Assembly: GCF_963921235.1 (NCBI RefSeq)
Contig: NC_086108.1
Location: 48,796,001 to 48,860,000 of the forward strand
Direction: 5' to 3'
Source of the DNA: Mobula hypostoma
Lineage: Eukaryota
Length of the DNA stretch: 64,000 bases
A program made the position numbers and the translations under genes. The notes beneath the pieces were generated by a model. It saw nothing but the letters and a program-made list of their open reading frames with translations, searched no databases and was not told the origin of the DNA. Position 1 is the stretch's first letter. The number at the start of each line of letters is the position of its first letter. This document shows, piece by piece, positions 50,373-63,610 of this stretch.

Positions 50373-51876
50373 CAGGTGTTCCCTGCTTTTCGAACGTTCG
50401 CTTTACGAAACCTCACTGTTACGAAAGATCTACATTAGTACCCTGTTTTCACTTTCAGAAGATGTTTTCATTGTTAAGAAAAAAAATCAGTGCACGGGGA
50501 AAATCAGCGCACGATAAAAGGCAGCACGCACCCCGAGCAGCCGCTCTCCCCAGATTCGGAACTGCATTCTCGCCGGCATTGCTTAAACACATGCCTGTGA
50601 GCAGCCATTAGCAGGATGAGTTCTAAGGTATCGGAAAAGCCTAAAAGAGCTCGTAAGGGTGTTACACTTAGCGTAAAACTAGGCATAATTAAGCGTTGTG
50701 ATTGTGGTGAACGAAGTAAGGACTAAGTGAGTTCAGCTTGTGGAAGCTGACGAAGGTGATGTTGAAGAGGTTTTGGCATCCCATGACCAAGAACTGATAG
50801 ATGAAGAGCTGATGCAATTGGAAGAGGAAAGGATAACAATCGAAACCAAATGTAGTAATGAACGGACCGAAAGTGACTGCGTGAGATTTTCGCTGTGATG
50901 ATAAAGTACGACTTTAATTTTGAAAGGGTACATAGGGTTAGGGGATATTTGCAGGTGGTTTGAGTCCTTATAAAGAACTGTATGATAGAAAAATGTGCGA
51001 GGCTCAGCAGTCAACCAAGCCTTCCGCATCAGCCACAGCAGATGACGAACCTCGACCTTCGACATCGAGGCAGGCAGTCATAGGAGAAGATGAGCTGCCT
51101 GCTCTAATGGAAACAGACGATGAGATGACACCCCAGTGTCCCACCACCCTGCGATTCGTGGAGAATGCAGCAGTAGCTGGGAAGCACACAGCACATCTTT
51201 AAGAAAAAAGCCGAAATAAACATGCTAATTAATTAGGTGCCGCCCGACACGTAATTAATTAGCATGTTTATTTTGGCTTTTTTCTTAAGGATGTGCTGGA
51301 TGCCTCCCAGCTACCGCTGCACCCCTGCATGCTTCGCGGTTCGGTATCTGTCGGCGGGCTGGAGGGTGGGGGCCACTGCACCACCCAACCTGCGATGACT
51401 CAGTCTAACACACCATCATCAGTGTGCTCGGCGCTTTCCTGATTCCGGTAAGTGATACTACACTGTACATACATTATTTCTACTTTATATAGGCTGTGTA
51501 TTTTTATGTGTTATTTGGTATGATTTGGCAGCTTCATAGCTTAACGGTTTCTGGAGAGCACTTGCGCCGTGTTTTTGCCAGCAGCGCTTGCGTGAGATTT
51601 TCGCTACGGAGAATAGTTCAATAATGATTGTGGAAAAGTATTTCTACTTTATATAGGCTGTGTATTTATCATATCATTCCTGCTTTTACTATATGTTATT
51701 GTTATTTTAGGTTTTATGTGTTATTTGGCATGATTTGGTAGGTTATTTTTGGGTCTGCGAACGCTCACAAATTTTTTCCATATAAATAAATGGTAATTGC
51801 TTCTTCGCTTTACGACATTTCGGCTGACAAACCGTTTCATAGGAACGCTCTACCTTCGGATGGCGGGGGAAACCTG
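50373..51876 (+). mobile_element. Tigger/pogo-like (Tc1/mariner) internal-deletion derivative
   Basis: TA TSD at 50371-72 and 51877-78; imperfect TIRs CAGGTGTTCCCTGC / GCGGGGGAAACCTG. CENP-B-type N-terminus MSSKVSEKPKRARKGVTLSVKLGIIKR is joined to acidic C-terminal DVEEVLASHDQELIDEELMQLEEE with no DDE domain between. Confidence 0.88.
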
Positions 51877-52219
51877 TAGTTATAGATGCTTCTCATTCTT
51901 AGATAATTCATCATGACCTTATACAGTTGAAGGCATTTTTTTTTTCACAGCCACATTGTCACGAACACGAGGAAGCCAGCATTTTGTGTGTGTTGCACAT
52001 CGTCATGAGCTATGCTTGTCCACTGTTTTGCCTCAAATGCTCCATGTTCATGAAAGATGGAGATAGGAGTACGACAGTTAAACTTCATGATGCACATTTC
52101 CCAACACAAGTTGCTTAAAAGCAAGAAGGGCAGCTATTTTCCATTCTTGCCCAATGTATCTAAGGTCATGTCAAGTGTTCAGTCATTACCTTTGACAATT
52201 TAAATTTTGAGCTGAATTC

Positions 52220-54172
52220 CATAAGACCATAAGACAAAGGAGCAGATGTCGGCCATTCGGCCCATCGAGTCTGCCCCGCCATTTTATCATGAGCTGATCC
52301 ATTCTCCCATTTAGTCCCACTCTCCCACCTTCTCACTATAACCCTTGATGCCTTGGCTGCTCAGATACCTATCAATCTCTGCCTTAAATACACCCAATGA
52401 CTTGGCCTCCACTGCCGCCCGTGGCAACAAGTTCCATAGATTCACCACACTCTGGCTAAAAAAATTGCTTCACATCTCTGTTCTGAATGGGTGCCCTTCA
52501 ATCCTTAAGTCATGCCCTCTTGTACTAGACTCCCCCACCATGGGAAACAATTTTGCCACATCCACTCTGTCCATGCCTTTCAACTTTCGAAATGTTTCTG
52601 TGAGGTCACCCCTCATTCTTCTAAACTCCAAGGAATACAGTCCAAGAACGGACAAACGTTCCTCATATGTTAACCCTCTCATTCCCGGAATCATTCTAGT
52701 GAATCTTCTCTGTACCCTCTCCAATGTCAGCACATCCTTTCTTAAATAAGGAGACCAAAACTGCCCACAGTACTCCAAGTGAGGTCTCACCAGCGCCTTA
52801 TAGAGCCTCAACATCACATCCCTGCTCCTATACTCTATTCCTCTAGAAATGAATGCCAACATTGCATTTGCATTCTTCACCGCAGACTCAACCTGGAGGT
52901 TAACCGTAAGGGTATCCTGCAGGAGGACTCCCAAGTCCCGTTGCATCTCAGAACTTTGAATTCTGTCCCCATTTAAGTAACAGTCTGCCTGTTTATTTCT
53001 TCTGCCAAAGTGCATAATCATACACTTTCCAACATTGTATTTCATTTGCCACTTCTTCACCCATTCTCCCAATCTATCCAAGTCTCTCTGCAGACTCTGT
53101 TTTCTCAGCACTACCGGCCCCTCCACCTATCTTTGTATCATCAGCAAACTTAGCCACAAAGCCATCTATTCCATAATCCAATCGTTGGTATACAAAGTGA
53201 AAGGAAGCGGCCCCAACACGGACCCCTGTGGAACACCACTGGTAACTGGCAGCCAACCAGAATAAGATCCCTTTATTCCCACTCTCTGTTTCCTGCCAAT
53301 CAGCCAACGCTCTATCCACATATGTAACTTTCCTGTAATTCCATGGGCTCTTATCTTGTTAAGCAGCCTCATATGTGGCACCTTGTCAAAGGCCTTTGAA
53401 AATCCAAATAGATAGATAGATATACTTTATTGATCCCGAGGGAAATTGGGTTTCATTACAGCTGTACCAACCAAGAATAGAGCATAAATATAGCAATACA
53501 AAAACCACAAAGAATCAAACAACAATATGCAAACTATGCCAGATGGAAATAAGTCCAGGACCAGCCTATTGGCTCAGGGTGTCTGACCCTCCACTGGATG
53601 AGCTGCAAAGTTCAATGCCACTGGCAGGAACAACCTCCCATGAAGCCCAGTGTGGTATCTCAGTGGAATATGGCTGGAGCCCAACAGCAAAACGTTTAAT
53701 ATCCGGGTTACAAACTCATTCCTCGATCGTAATATGACCAGGATTGCACCATCCATTGTTAACCAGAACAGCAAGCCCCCGACTCCTTTACGCCTATCGC
53801 TCTCAGTGCACTTCCGGTCAGCCTGAACGGTCTGGAAGCCCTCCATGGAAAAGTCTAGGTCGGGTATGTCCTCGTGCAGCCACATTTCAGCAAAACACAC
53901 AACTCTGCTCTCCGGAAATGTTCTCCGACTCCTGGCCAGTGCTGTCAACTTGTCCATTTCATTACCCACCGAACTCCTCTTCTCCATAAGTCTCTGTTGT
54001 CTCAACCCGGTCCTCTTTCCTCGCCTTTGTGATCCCTCTCTGCATCCTCTGTGTGCTTTCCTCCAGATTTCAGCAGGGGTGTCCGCCGCTCTGTTCACTG
54101 CAACATCCACTGCATCTCCCTTGTCTAGCCTACTTGTAACTTCCTCAAAAAATTCTGATAGGTTTGTCACAG
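52220..54172 (-). mobile_element. CR1 LINE RT and 3' end, split by a nested element
   Basis: [18 protein letters not shown] and LYKALVRPHLEYCGQFWSPYLRKD; resumes at about 54101 with LSEFFEEVTSRLDKGDAVDV. Confidence 0.92.
53411..54100 (-). mobile_element. Bipartite non-autonomous Rex1/Babar-like element (APE N-terminus fused to the 3' end)
   Basis: GNEMDKLTALAR..VVCFAEMWLHEDIPD..GFQTVQADRK..KGVGG followed soon after by GRLFLPVALN and a (TATC)n tail; a similar tail lies at about 3207-3340. Confidence 0.7.
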
Positions 54173-56910
54173 ATACAACTTTCATTTAGATTATTAAGAA
54201 TGATTAAGAATCTTGTTGTTTAAATTGTACTGCAGATCCCAGTCTTGGGCTTCGCCATAAGAACATCAGGTATGCTCCATGAGTTTTGATGGTTGCATGT
54301 TGACAGCAAAGGAATCTTGTCAATATGACTTGACTGCACAAATAATTCTTACAGTTCATTGGGTCAACTAGAATTTATTTGGGAAGTAAAGGACCTTATC
54401 TTTTTGATTTAATGAGTTGGAATATTAAATTACACAACATTTTATTTATATAAAAAAAAGCTATAGTGTTCTTTCCTATGAAATGTTAATATAAAAAAAT
54501 AAGTATTTCAGTTTATGGAGGCTTTCACAATCTGGATGACCTTAACTGCTGAAGAGCATATGAAATAATTTTCAAATGCAGGGATACTGTAATTCAACAA
54601 TGAATTATCACCCACTAAGCCCTGTGAATTCTAATTATCAGGTAACTTTGTCCGATGAATAAATATTTTCTATTTATTTTATTACATTTCAAAATAACAT
54701 TCTATGATCTTGTATAACTGCTTATTTGCAGCTAAGACCTTGGCCGACTCTCACATTGGGATTGGGGGAAGATGCCTTAGAATGTAGTGCCCCACAGTTC
54801 TTGTCTTTTCTCTGTAGATAGTTTTCAAAGGGTCGCTTTTAGCATTTATGCAGATGTGTAATTGTAATTTTTCTTATTACATTTGTTTTGGAGTTAAAAG
54901 ATAATGGCACTCCACTGTGTTATGACACAATTATACTAAATCGGATAGACTTGGTACACACCTGCAGCTCTAATCTTGAGTTTTCACGAGTTTCTGAGGA
55001 TCATAAATCAGCAGAAATGTACACCACTCGTATCCACAACTTTTATGTCCTGGCATATTCTTGAGATTACTGCTACAATGAAATATCAACTTCAGTTCAG
55101 AGGGCATAGTGGGCCCAGCGATAGGATTGCCTAAAAATATGTTGAAGTGGAGAACGCGGAATATAGAACAGTACAATCCCTTTGGCCCAGGATGCTGTGC
55201 TGACTTTTAGCCTAGTCTAAAATCAATCTTAACGTTCCCTGCTACATAGCTCTCCATTTTTCTATCATTCATGTGCTTGTCTTGGTTTCTTGAATGTCTG
55301 ATGTATCTGCCTCTACCACCACCCCTGGGAGGGCATCCCAACACTCAAAGAATTTGCCTTTGACATTCAGGCTGCAGAATTGGTCTCCCTGCATTCTCAA
55401 CAGATAATAGAGCTTAATGACTAGATAAATTGGAATAAGCCCTTGCATCCCTGCTGTGTCTCACTATTCATCAGCCAGCAAGAGGAGGTGATTCCAAGGA
55501 CATGCTTATTCTCATTAATGTTTGGCCCATCATCCACTTTTTAACTCTGTTTGCATGAGTGTTTACAATTCTGATCATCTGAAAATGCTAAGTAAATGAG
55601 TAATTTTTGGCTTTGTCTTGAAATGCCTCCCCCCCCCCCATCACAAAAGTCATTCTTTAGCCAATTTCAATTACTCCCCATGATGTCAGAAAGGATTGAG
55701 CGCAGTGGAAATAGAAACAGTTGTGTATCAGGACAACATTTCCATTTGTAGATTTGTTTCAGAATGAACTGCACCTGTATCATGTATAAACCTTGAATAT
55801 TGTCCAGTGTTACCTGTTCACAAAAGCCAGACAAACCAAATCCAAGTAATCATCAGCTAAATTATTTTCAGTCCTTAGCAGAGCAATAGTATGTGTCATC
55901 AACAGTGATGTTAAATTGTACTTGCCAATTACTTGAATACCTTTGCCTTGCATGTAGATTACAAGATTAACTTTAAGGTTCCTGGTCCAAGAATGAATCC
56001 AAGGTATAAATTACAGAGATGAGCTCTGGATGTCAAGCCATCATCTGATAGTTGAGCATGGAGTCTGAGGGGAAAATGGAAGTGAATTGGTGTCGAGGGG
56101 AAAATGCTGTTTGATAATTTTCATCAAGCAGTATGGTTATGGATGTTGAGGATCAATAATCTCGGGTTCAGTGTTTTTTTTGGGGAGCAACCATTTTCAG
56201 CTGTTTAATCAATGCATTCTATTGTAAGGTCAGTAATGAGCATGTTTACAAATGATTGCATCATCTTCAATTCCATTCGCAACTCCTGAGCACATGAAGC
56301 AGCTAAAATGTAGACAACAGGTGTATTGGTAAAAAAGTTTGCCTGCAAAAGTCCCTGGTAATTAAAATTTCTAGATTGCTATCTGTAAAATATTTTTCAG
56401 TTCATATAGACAGAGATATTGACAGCATTTCTAAACTTAACCTCTCTCATCAAGAATGAGAAAGGCAGCAAGTACAGAACAGTACTACCTTTATCAATAC
56501 CGGAACAAGTCAGATGCTGGGTATCTTGCAACAAATCAGGAGAGTGTTGGATTGCTGTTAATTTACCTTGATGTATGTAGCTCCAGTAATTCTGAAGAAG
56601 CTTGACATTCGGCCTGCATGATTGGCACTTCATCTACACTATAAACACCTATTCCCTCCATTGTTGAAGTGTTACTGCCTGTAAAATGTATTGCTGTTGT
56701 TCACCTAGGGGACTTCGCAAACTAGTTCTGTTTAAGTATAACAAAGGCATTAACCTCAGGTGAGTATTATTGACTGCAGGTTTTCTTCAAATTAAATACT
56801 TCCTGTCATTGAAGTACATCAGCGTTCCTTCATGATTATCAAATCGAAATCTATGAACTGCTTTTCACTAAAACTGCTTCAGTGGTTTAATAAGGTGGTT
56901 CACTTTAACC

Positions 56911-57033
56911 GTTCGTTCGTCCATCATTGACGTCGATGAGGACCTCGACACCATAATGATGGTGTCGAGACTAGCGCGTGATTTGGATTTAAGTGAGGGA
57001 GAGTTGTGCAGCGTCAGCCTCACTCTCTCTTCC
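56911..57033 (-). mobile_element. RTE-type SINE 3' fragment with an 11-bp hairpin
   Basis: 8-bp TSD CTTTAACC at 56903-56910 and 57034-57041; ttggatttaagtgagggag..cagcctcact motif; hairpin at 56944-56969; (GAAC)n tail. Confidence 0.7.
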
Positions 57034-57638
57034 CTTTAACCACCTTGCAAGGCATAATAGCATAGCAATTTAATACTTACCAGCACCAGTGATCAAAAGA
57101 TCAAAGTTAAACTGCTGCCACTGTTTATAAGGTGCTATTCTCCCTGTAACCACTGCGGTTTCCTCTGAGTGCTCCAAATTCCTCTCATTCGGTGGGATTG
57201 GCAAATTGGGCGTACTGTGTAGGTGCTGGAAACATGACAGCTCGTAAAATGATTGTGCAAACAAAATATTTCACTGCATTTTCTTTGATGTACAGTACAT
57301 GTGACAAAGTTTATCTTCAGGATTAATTTGAGGTTGAGTAATAAATACTGGACTTGGCAACGACCCTTACCCTTGTTCAGGACGAGGATGTGGTTGCCAA
57401 GTTTTAGTTTGATTTCTGTACATGGTTTACATTTAACTCCTTTTGAATCTATCATTGATCATTCATGGAGGCTGTTACCATTTCAATTGTTGATAAGTCT
57501 GTAGTGCTAAAAGCCCATAGAACACTGCAGTTGCTGATCTCTCATTCCTGAACACTGTTTTTCCATCCACTTGTCACGTTGACACTTGCTTTTTGAACTT
57601 TAAACTTGATTATGTTATCTTTCTCACCTTCTCTGCAG

Positions 57639-57696
57639 GTTAGATCAGGTGATCATCCACGTTGGTGCCTTGAGTATAAAAGAATCTCAGGAATTG
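57639..57696 (+). CDS. NPL: NPL exon: (K)LDQVIIHVGALSIKESQEL; the gene continues beyond the window
   Basis: Acceptor ctctgcag| and donor |gtgagc; near-identical to human LDQVIIHVGALSLKESQEL; frame continuous. Confidence 0.97.
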
Positions 57697-58857
57697 GTGA
57701 GCTTCAATAACTTATGAAATGGCTATGTATACATTTTGAAGGCACTAGAGGTTATGCAGATTCTGGAAATCTTGAACAACATACTTAATACTGGAGGATC
57801 TCAACAGATTCGGCAGCATTTATGGAGGCAAATAAACAGCTGACGTTTCAGGCTGAGACCCTTCATCAAATCTGGATTTCAGCTTGAGACATTGACTGCT
57901 TATTTTCATTCATAAATTCAGAGATCTTCCAGTGTTTTTTAATGGTGTTGTACATTTAAATTTTGTTTGTAGTCAACTTGCAGGGAAAAAAAACTGGTTT
58001 AAAATGAGATGCAAAGTACACATGAATTTTGACAATTTCTGATACGAAAACATTAGAATTTTGAAATGCATAGAAGATTCATCAGAATTGAAACAGTATT
58101 GCTGAAATATTAATCTTCCATTCCCAGCAGAAGAGGATAAATCTTTTGTCTTTTTAGATTTTATTTGAAATGTCTGTTTCCAGCATTGTTTTAATTATTA
58201 GTTAACATTTTAGATTGAGATGGTATTCTTTAGCTTGTTTGCTTTTCCTTTTAAAGTGACTGTTTTGAGGGGACTTGTTTTATCTTCTATCCTTGCCTAA
58301 AATCTGGAAAACTTGTATCCAAACAACCACTTCTAAGGCCTGTATTTTTTATGGAAGTCATTAGGAGGACATCAAACCTCTTATGCAAGCTGCTTAAGAA
58401 TCTGAGCAAATAATGATATTATAACCAGACAATACAAGTAGCCTTCAGATAAATTGCTACCTGACTGGTTTTACTGTAGTGAGCAACTTTGTATTGCATT
58501 ATAATACTTTGATCAAATCTGAATGTTGAATGATAATACCGTGAGAGGAAAAAGTGAGGAGTTTCACCTTTGTTTCAGGTGGCTTAAAGTTGGCCTGCTG
58601 AAACAGTATAATAGGCTTCTCACTCAAAATAAATGGTCATCATTTCAAATCTATTACAGTTTGAACATTTAAAAATGAACTTTACATGTGCTGAAAACAC
58701 TTTTGGTCTCATTGTTTAGACTTGTTTTACTCTGGTCTTCTGAAAGATATTAAATCAAGAGTACTTTAATTGCCATTGCTAAATGCATCTATGCCATTAT
58801 ATTGACTGACGTGTGCAAAGATATGGGAAATAGTTTTAATTTCTAAAAGAAATGGAA

Positions 58858-61800
58858 CAGTGGTGTATCTAAGGTATGGCACATTCCCTGGACGCCACTG
58901 AGCAATTTCTATTAAAGTCAGACAAGCCATCCTCAGATAGTGGGAAAAAAAAAATTTTCTTCAGATGTGTGATCTGTCTTTGATTATCATGGGTGAGAAG
59001 CACTAGGATGGCCTTATTTCAGAGCATTGTGTAAGAAGACCATGAAACGTTTCTTCACGAAGAAGAAGGAAAGTGGAGCTGAAGGACGGAAGAGACGAAA
59101 GTTGGAGGTGGAGGAAGCCAAGAAGAGCAAATTCTTCATGCCCTTCTTTGAAAACCCCGGAACAAGTAGTTCGACACATTCCATGGAGTCGCCTGCACCT
59201 GCTACAAGTTTGTTAGAATCCGAAGGTGGATGAAGTACAAATGCGTCACAAGCCGAGGAGGAAGTCAAGTCAGATAAATCCGAGTATGACAGGATTAAGA
59301 GTGAGGCTGCCACAGAGAACGTGGACATGACAGGAGGGGAAGGTGATGGTGGTGGTGATGTTGAGTTTATTGATGAGATTTTACCTGACGAGATTGAAGC
59401 TGACGACACTGAGCCTAGTGAACTGGATGGTGTCAAAGAGCCTCGAACTGGCAAACCAGAAGTGATTGAACAGCATGACATTGGACTTCTGAAGTTCGAC
59501 AAGGGTACTGGAAAAGCAATTCTACCTGACGCATTGAGAACAGAAATAATAAAGCTGGGTTGGAAGTATTCCCAGAACAGTGAGGGGTGGGCCTTCCCTA
59601 CCAACAAATAATTGCTCAATGAACAAAACTTGGTTCAAGAGGAAATTGGGAAATGGTCATGGTGAGGAAGTGACTCGCTCATGGCTGGTCTATTCCCCTT
59701 CTTAAAAAGTCTGCGTTTTGTATCTGTTGTCTTCTCTATTCCCGGTCAGACCATCAATCCTGATTGGAGCAGGAAAGTGGATTCAACCAGTGGAAAGCAC
59801 CTGAAAGGATTAGTGTTCATGCAAATGCCAAGAATCATCGGGAATGCTTCACATAGTGGAAAGAAATGGAAAGAAATTTAGCTGGAAACGGGAGTTATTG
59901 ATGCAGTATTTCAGTCACAGATTGAGAAGGAAAAGCAGAAGTGGCGTGATATCTTGACGAGAATCCTTCACTGCATAAAATTCCTTATGACTCAAAACCC
60001 GGCTTTGCGAGGACACAGGGAGTCACTTCAGCAAGACGATGACTCCAATGTGGGAGATTCCCTTGGCTTACTGAAACTACTGGCCATCTTTGACCCTGTC
60101 ATAAAAGAACACCTCACTCATTTGGAAAGTCATCCTGGATCCACATCTTGTCTTTCACTGGGTGTCCAGAACGAATTCGTCCACATAATGGCATCCACTG
60201 TTCACCAGAGTTTACTGAGAAGCATTTGTAAAGCCAAGTACTATGGTCTCATGTTCAACTCTACTCCTGATCAGGCACACCGTGAGCAGATGTCAGAAGT
60301 AGTAAGGTACGTAGAAGTTGATTTTGAGAGGAAAACAGTCTGTGTTGGAAAGTCCTTCCTTGGTTTTATCCAGATAAGCCAGAAAGATGCTGGGAGCTTG
60401 ATTGAAGACATCTTGATTGAAGACAGCTAGAGAAGGACGAAATGGAGCTACAAGATTGTCGGTCACAGTGCTATGACAATGCTGCTGTGATGGCTGGACA
60501 CAGAAGTGGTGTTTGTCAATAAGTGAGAAAAACAACCTGGCAGTGTTTGTGAATTGTGACAATCACTCACTCAACTTGATGGGTGTACATGCAGCCAAGC
60601 AGGATACAATGATGGTCACGTTTTTTGGAACCATCGAAGCTCTCTGTGTTTTTCTCTCGTTCAACACAGCGCTGGGAAAAACTCAGAAACGCCGTGCCTG
60701 TGGTTGTTAAGTCGGAGTCCGAAACCAGGTGGAGTGCAAGGACAGAAGCAGTGAAGACCATGAGCAGGTACCTTGAAGAGATAGTTCAAGTTCTCCAGGA
60801 CATGATAGACAATGAAAACGAGACCAGTGAAACAAGAAGTGACGCAAGGCAGCTGTACAACCACATGTTGAGTTACGATTTTCTGATTTTGCTAGGATTT
60901 TGGAACAAAGTACTCATTCATATTGACCGTATTCAAAAGAGGCTGCAGGATCCTGGCACGAACTTCCACAATGCTGCCCTGGATTTGAAAGCCCTCTGAG
61001 ATCATCTTTATGATGAAAGAGAAGTGTTGGTCAGTGAGCCACTCAAAGAAGGAGTTAGTCTCTGTCAAGAATGGAATATTGAAGTTGAAAGACGTCAGAG
61101 ACGAAAGAAACGAATGGCTGATGAGAACTCAAGACGCTGAGTTAAAAGCTAAGGAGGAAATGGAAAGAGTCATGAAGGGAGCACACAACTGTCTTCACAG
61201 AGAAATGGACAAAAGGTTCACTCGTTTGCACGACACTGAAGTTTGGTTTCCTTCCACAGTCGAGGGACTGTGTTACGGTGCTGACAGTAATGACCTAAAG
61301 AAGTGCAGAAATTTGGGCGAATTGTACAGTTCTGATGTTGATGGACAGCAGCTATATGAAGAAATTTTGGATTGCAGAATGTTGTTATCAAGGTGGGTCA
61401 ACATGAAAATATCAAGACCTGAAGAGCTTCTTGAATTTATTGTTCAGTGTGAAGATGATTTCTTCCCCAATCTTCGCATTGCTATTCAGATAATGCTAAC
61501 CGTCGCAGTTTCCATTGCCAGCTGTGAGAGATCATTCAGCAAGTTAAAACTAATACTTTCATATTTGAGAGCCTCCATGGGTCAAGGCAGACTCTGTGAT
61601 CTTGCTCTGCTGAGTGTAGAAAGAGAAGAAACTGGAAAAAACTGACTTTGATCACATCATAGACCAATTTGCATCAGTGAAAGCAAGGAAGGTGCAGCTA
61701 TAATTTTCATGTAGTGCCATAATTTGTTAATTAAAAGATTAACGAGCTTGTATTTTTGAGCTGATATTATGGTTAAAGTTATCTAGAAGATGGGTGTCGG

Positions 61801-61865
61801 ATGCTTGGACAGGGGTGCAGTTTCAGTGCTTGCCATAGGCACTATTTTCCGTAGATACGCCCCTG
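58858..61865 (+). mobile_element. hAT transposon (Tip100/ZMYM1-like) with both ends intact, in an NPL intron
   Basis: 8-bp TSD AAATGGAA at 58850-57 and 61866-73; imperfect TIRs CAGTGGTGTATCTA / TAGATACGCCCCTG. Confidence 0.93.
59042..61703 (+). pseudogene. Decayed hAT transposase with multiple stops and frameshifts
   Basis: FLMTQNPALRGHRE, STPDQAHREQMSEVVRYV, CYDNAAVMAG, CDNHSLNL, ETRWSAR and the dimerisation motif FPNLRIAIQIMLTVAVSIASCERSFSKLKLILSYLRASMGQGRL. Confidence 0.9.
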
Positions 61866-62204
61866 AAATGGAAGCTCAAGGTCTGGTCGGTGAGCATTAA
61901 TTATTTTCAGTCATATGTATATAAGACAGTTGGGAACTCTTCTCTGTCCCATCTGTTTCACCTCATCTCTGCAATGTGAAACTAATTTGTATTTGTTTTT
62001 TATTGTTTTCCCAATTCTAAAGGATGTACTTTAACCTGAAACTTTAACTCAGCTTCTTTTTCCACAGGTGCTGCCTGATCTGCTAATTATTTCAGCATTT
62101 TCTGCTTTATTTCCTGTATTAGCAGTTTCCCCCCCAATTTTCAGTCTATTCATAATCAATAATGCCTTGGGTTTCAGGATAACTTGTTCTTCTAAGGTGG
62201 TAAT

Positions 62205-62640
62205 AGTGAACAGTTTTGTGCCTCGCATCTAAGAAAGGATATGCCAGAGGTTACAGGGATGGAAGTGTTAACATGAGCGTTTGACTTCTCTGGGCCTGTA
62301 CTTGCTGGAGGTTAGAAGAATGAGGGTGGGGATGGGAGGAGGTGGATCTCATTGAAACCTCCCAAATATTTAATGGCCAAGGTGGAGTAGATTTGGAGAG
62401 GATGTTTCCAGCAGTGTGAGAATCTAGAGCTGGAGGGTATGGCCTCAGACTAGAAGGACATCCCTTAGAACAGAGATGAGCAGACATTTCTTGGGTGGTG
62501 AATCTGTGGAATTCATTGACGTATATGGCTGTGGAGGCCAAGTCATTGAGTGAAGAGTGTCAAAGGTTACAGGGAGACAGCAGAAAGATGGGGGTGCAAG
62601 GATAAATCAGCCATGGTCAATTGGCAGAACAGACTTAATT
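62205..62640 (+). mobile_element. CR1 3' fragment, degraded
   Basis: ggatctcattgaaacc..gtggtgaatctgtggaattcattg..gataaatcagccatg. Confidence 0.7.
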
Positions 62641-63060
62641 AACTCACACTACATAAAGTCTCAGCATTACAACTTCTGATGTTTGTATTCTAGTTCTGTG
62701 GAAATAAGTGCTAACATTACATTTGCCTTCCTTATTACTGGCCCAGCTTGCAAATTTCCCTTCAGGGAACCCTGCACTTCATTTAGAAAATCTATACCTT
62801 TATTCATAGTCATAAAGTGCAACAGCACATAATCAGGCCCTTTGGCCCATTTTGGCAGTGCCAAACTTATTCTGCCTAGTGCAATCAACCCACACCTGAA
62901 CGCCAGCCCTCCATACCACACCTGTCCATGTACTTCACTAAACTTCTCAAAAGTTAAAATCGGATCCATCCATATCCACTCTGAGAAATAGAGTTCCCCT
63001 TGGGTTTTCCTTAAATATTTCTCCTTTCACCCTTAACCTGTGACCTCTAGTTCTTGTCTC

Positions 63061-63610
63061 AAGGTTTCAAAGGTACACTTAATGTTAGAAATGTATACAA
63101 TTTACATCTTCAAATGCTTTTTCTTCATAACCATCCGTGAAAACAGGAGTGCCCCCAAAGAAGGAATCATAGGTAAATGTTAGAACCCCAAACTGCTTCC
63201 CAGCTCCCCCTCCCACCTGTAAGCAGCAGCAAAACAATGATCCTCCCCCCCAGCATTATTTAAAAAAAAAGCATTAGCACCCACCACCGAGCATTCAAGC
63301 ATGCAGCAGAGATGCAGACATGCATTACCCCAAAGAGTACTTTTCATCCAGTATTCAGCATACCACAGGCTCTCCCTCCCTAATAAGGGAGAAAGAGGTG
63401 TCCCGTTTCACAGCGAGGGGGGAGACAGCAAACAACTCGCTGGTTTACGATGTTAAAAGTCCGTTGCGTTGCTTTTTCCGAGCTCTGTGCCCAAAGATCT
63501 CGGGTCTCTGGGCACACAGCCTTAGATCCTCTGTCTCCCACAACACATTGAACTCCAAAGGCAAGCTAATGTCTTTGGCTGCATCCTCGACATATCAAAT
63601 AGCAGCTAGT
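63061..63610 (-). mobile_element. Second copy of the 29448-30270 element
   Basis: Shared DVK.PLR.F.RALCPK.SGLWAHS sequence and the same tail. Confidence 0.7.

Noticed and set aside
53574..54185. 203-aa RT-APE fusion ORF
   Set aside because: Chimera formed across a nested insertion junction (CR1 RT plus Rex1-like APE).
59014..59619. 201-aa Ser/Pro-rich minus-strand ORF
   Set aside because: Antisense shadow of the acidic hAT transposase N-terminus.
59042..61703. Possible domesticated ZMYM/ZBED-like host gene
   Set aside because: Multiple stops and frameshifts, plus intact TIRs and TSD, indicate a decaying transposon.
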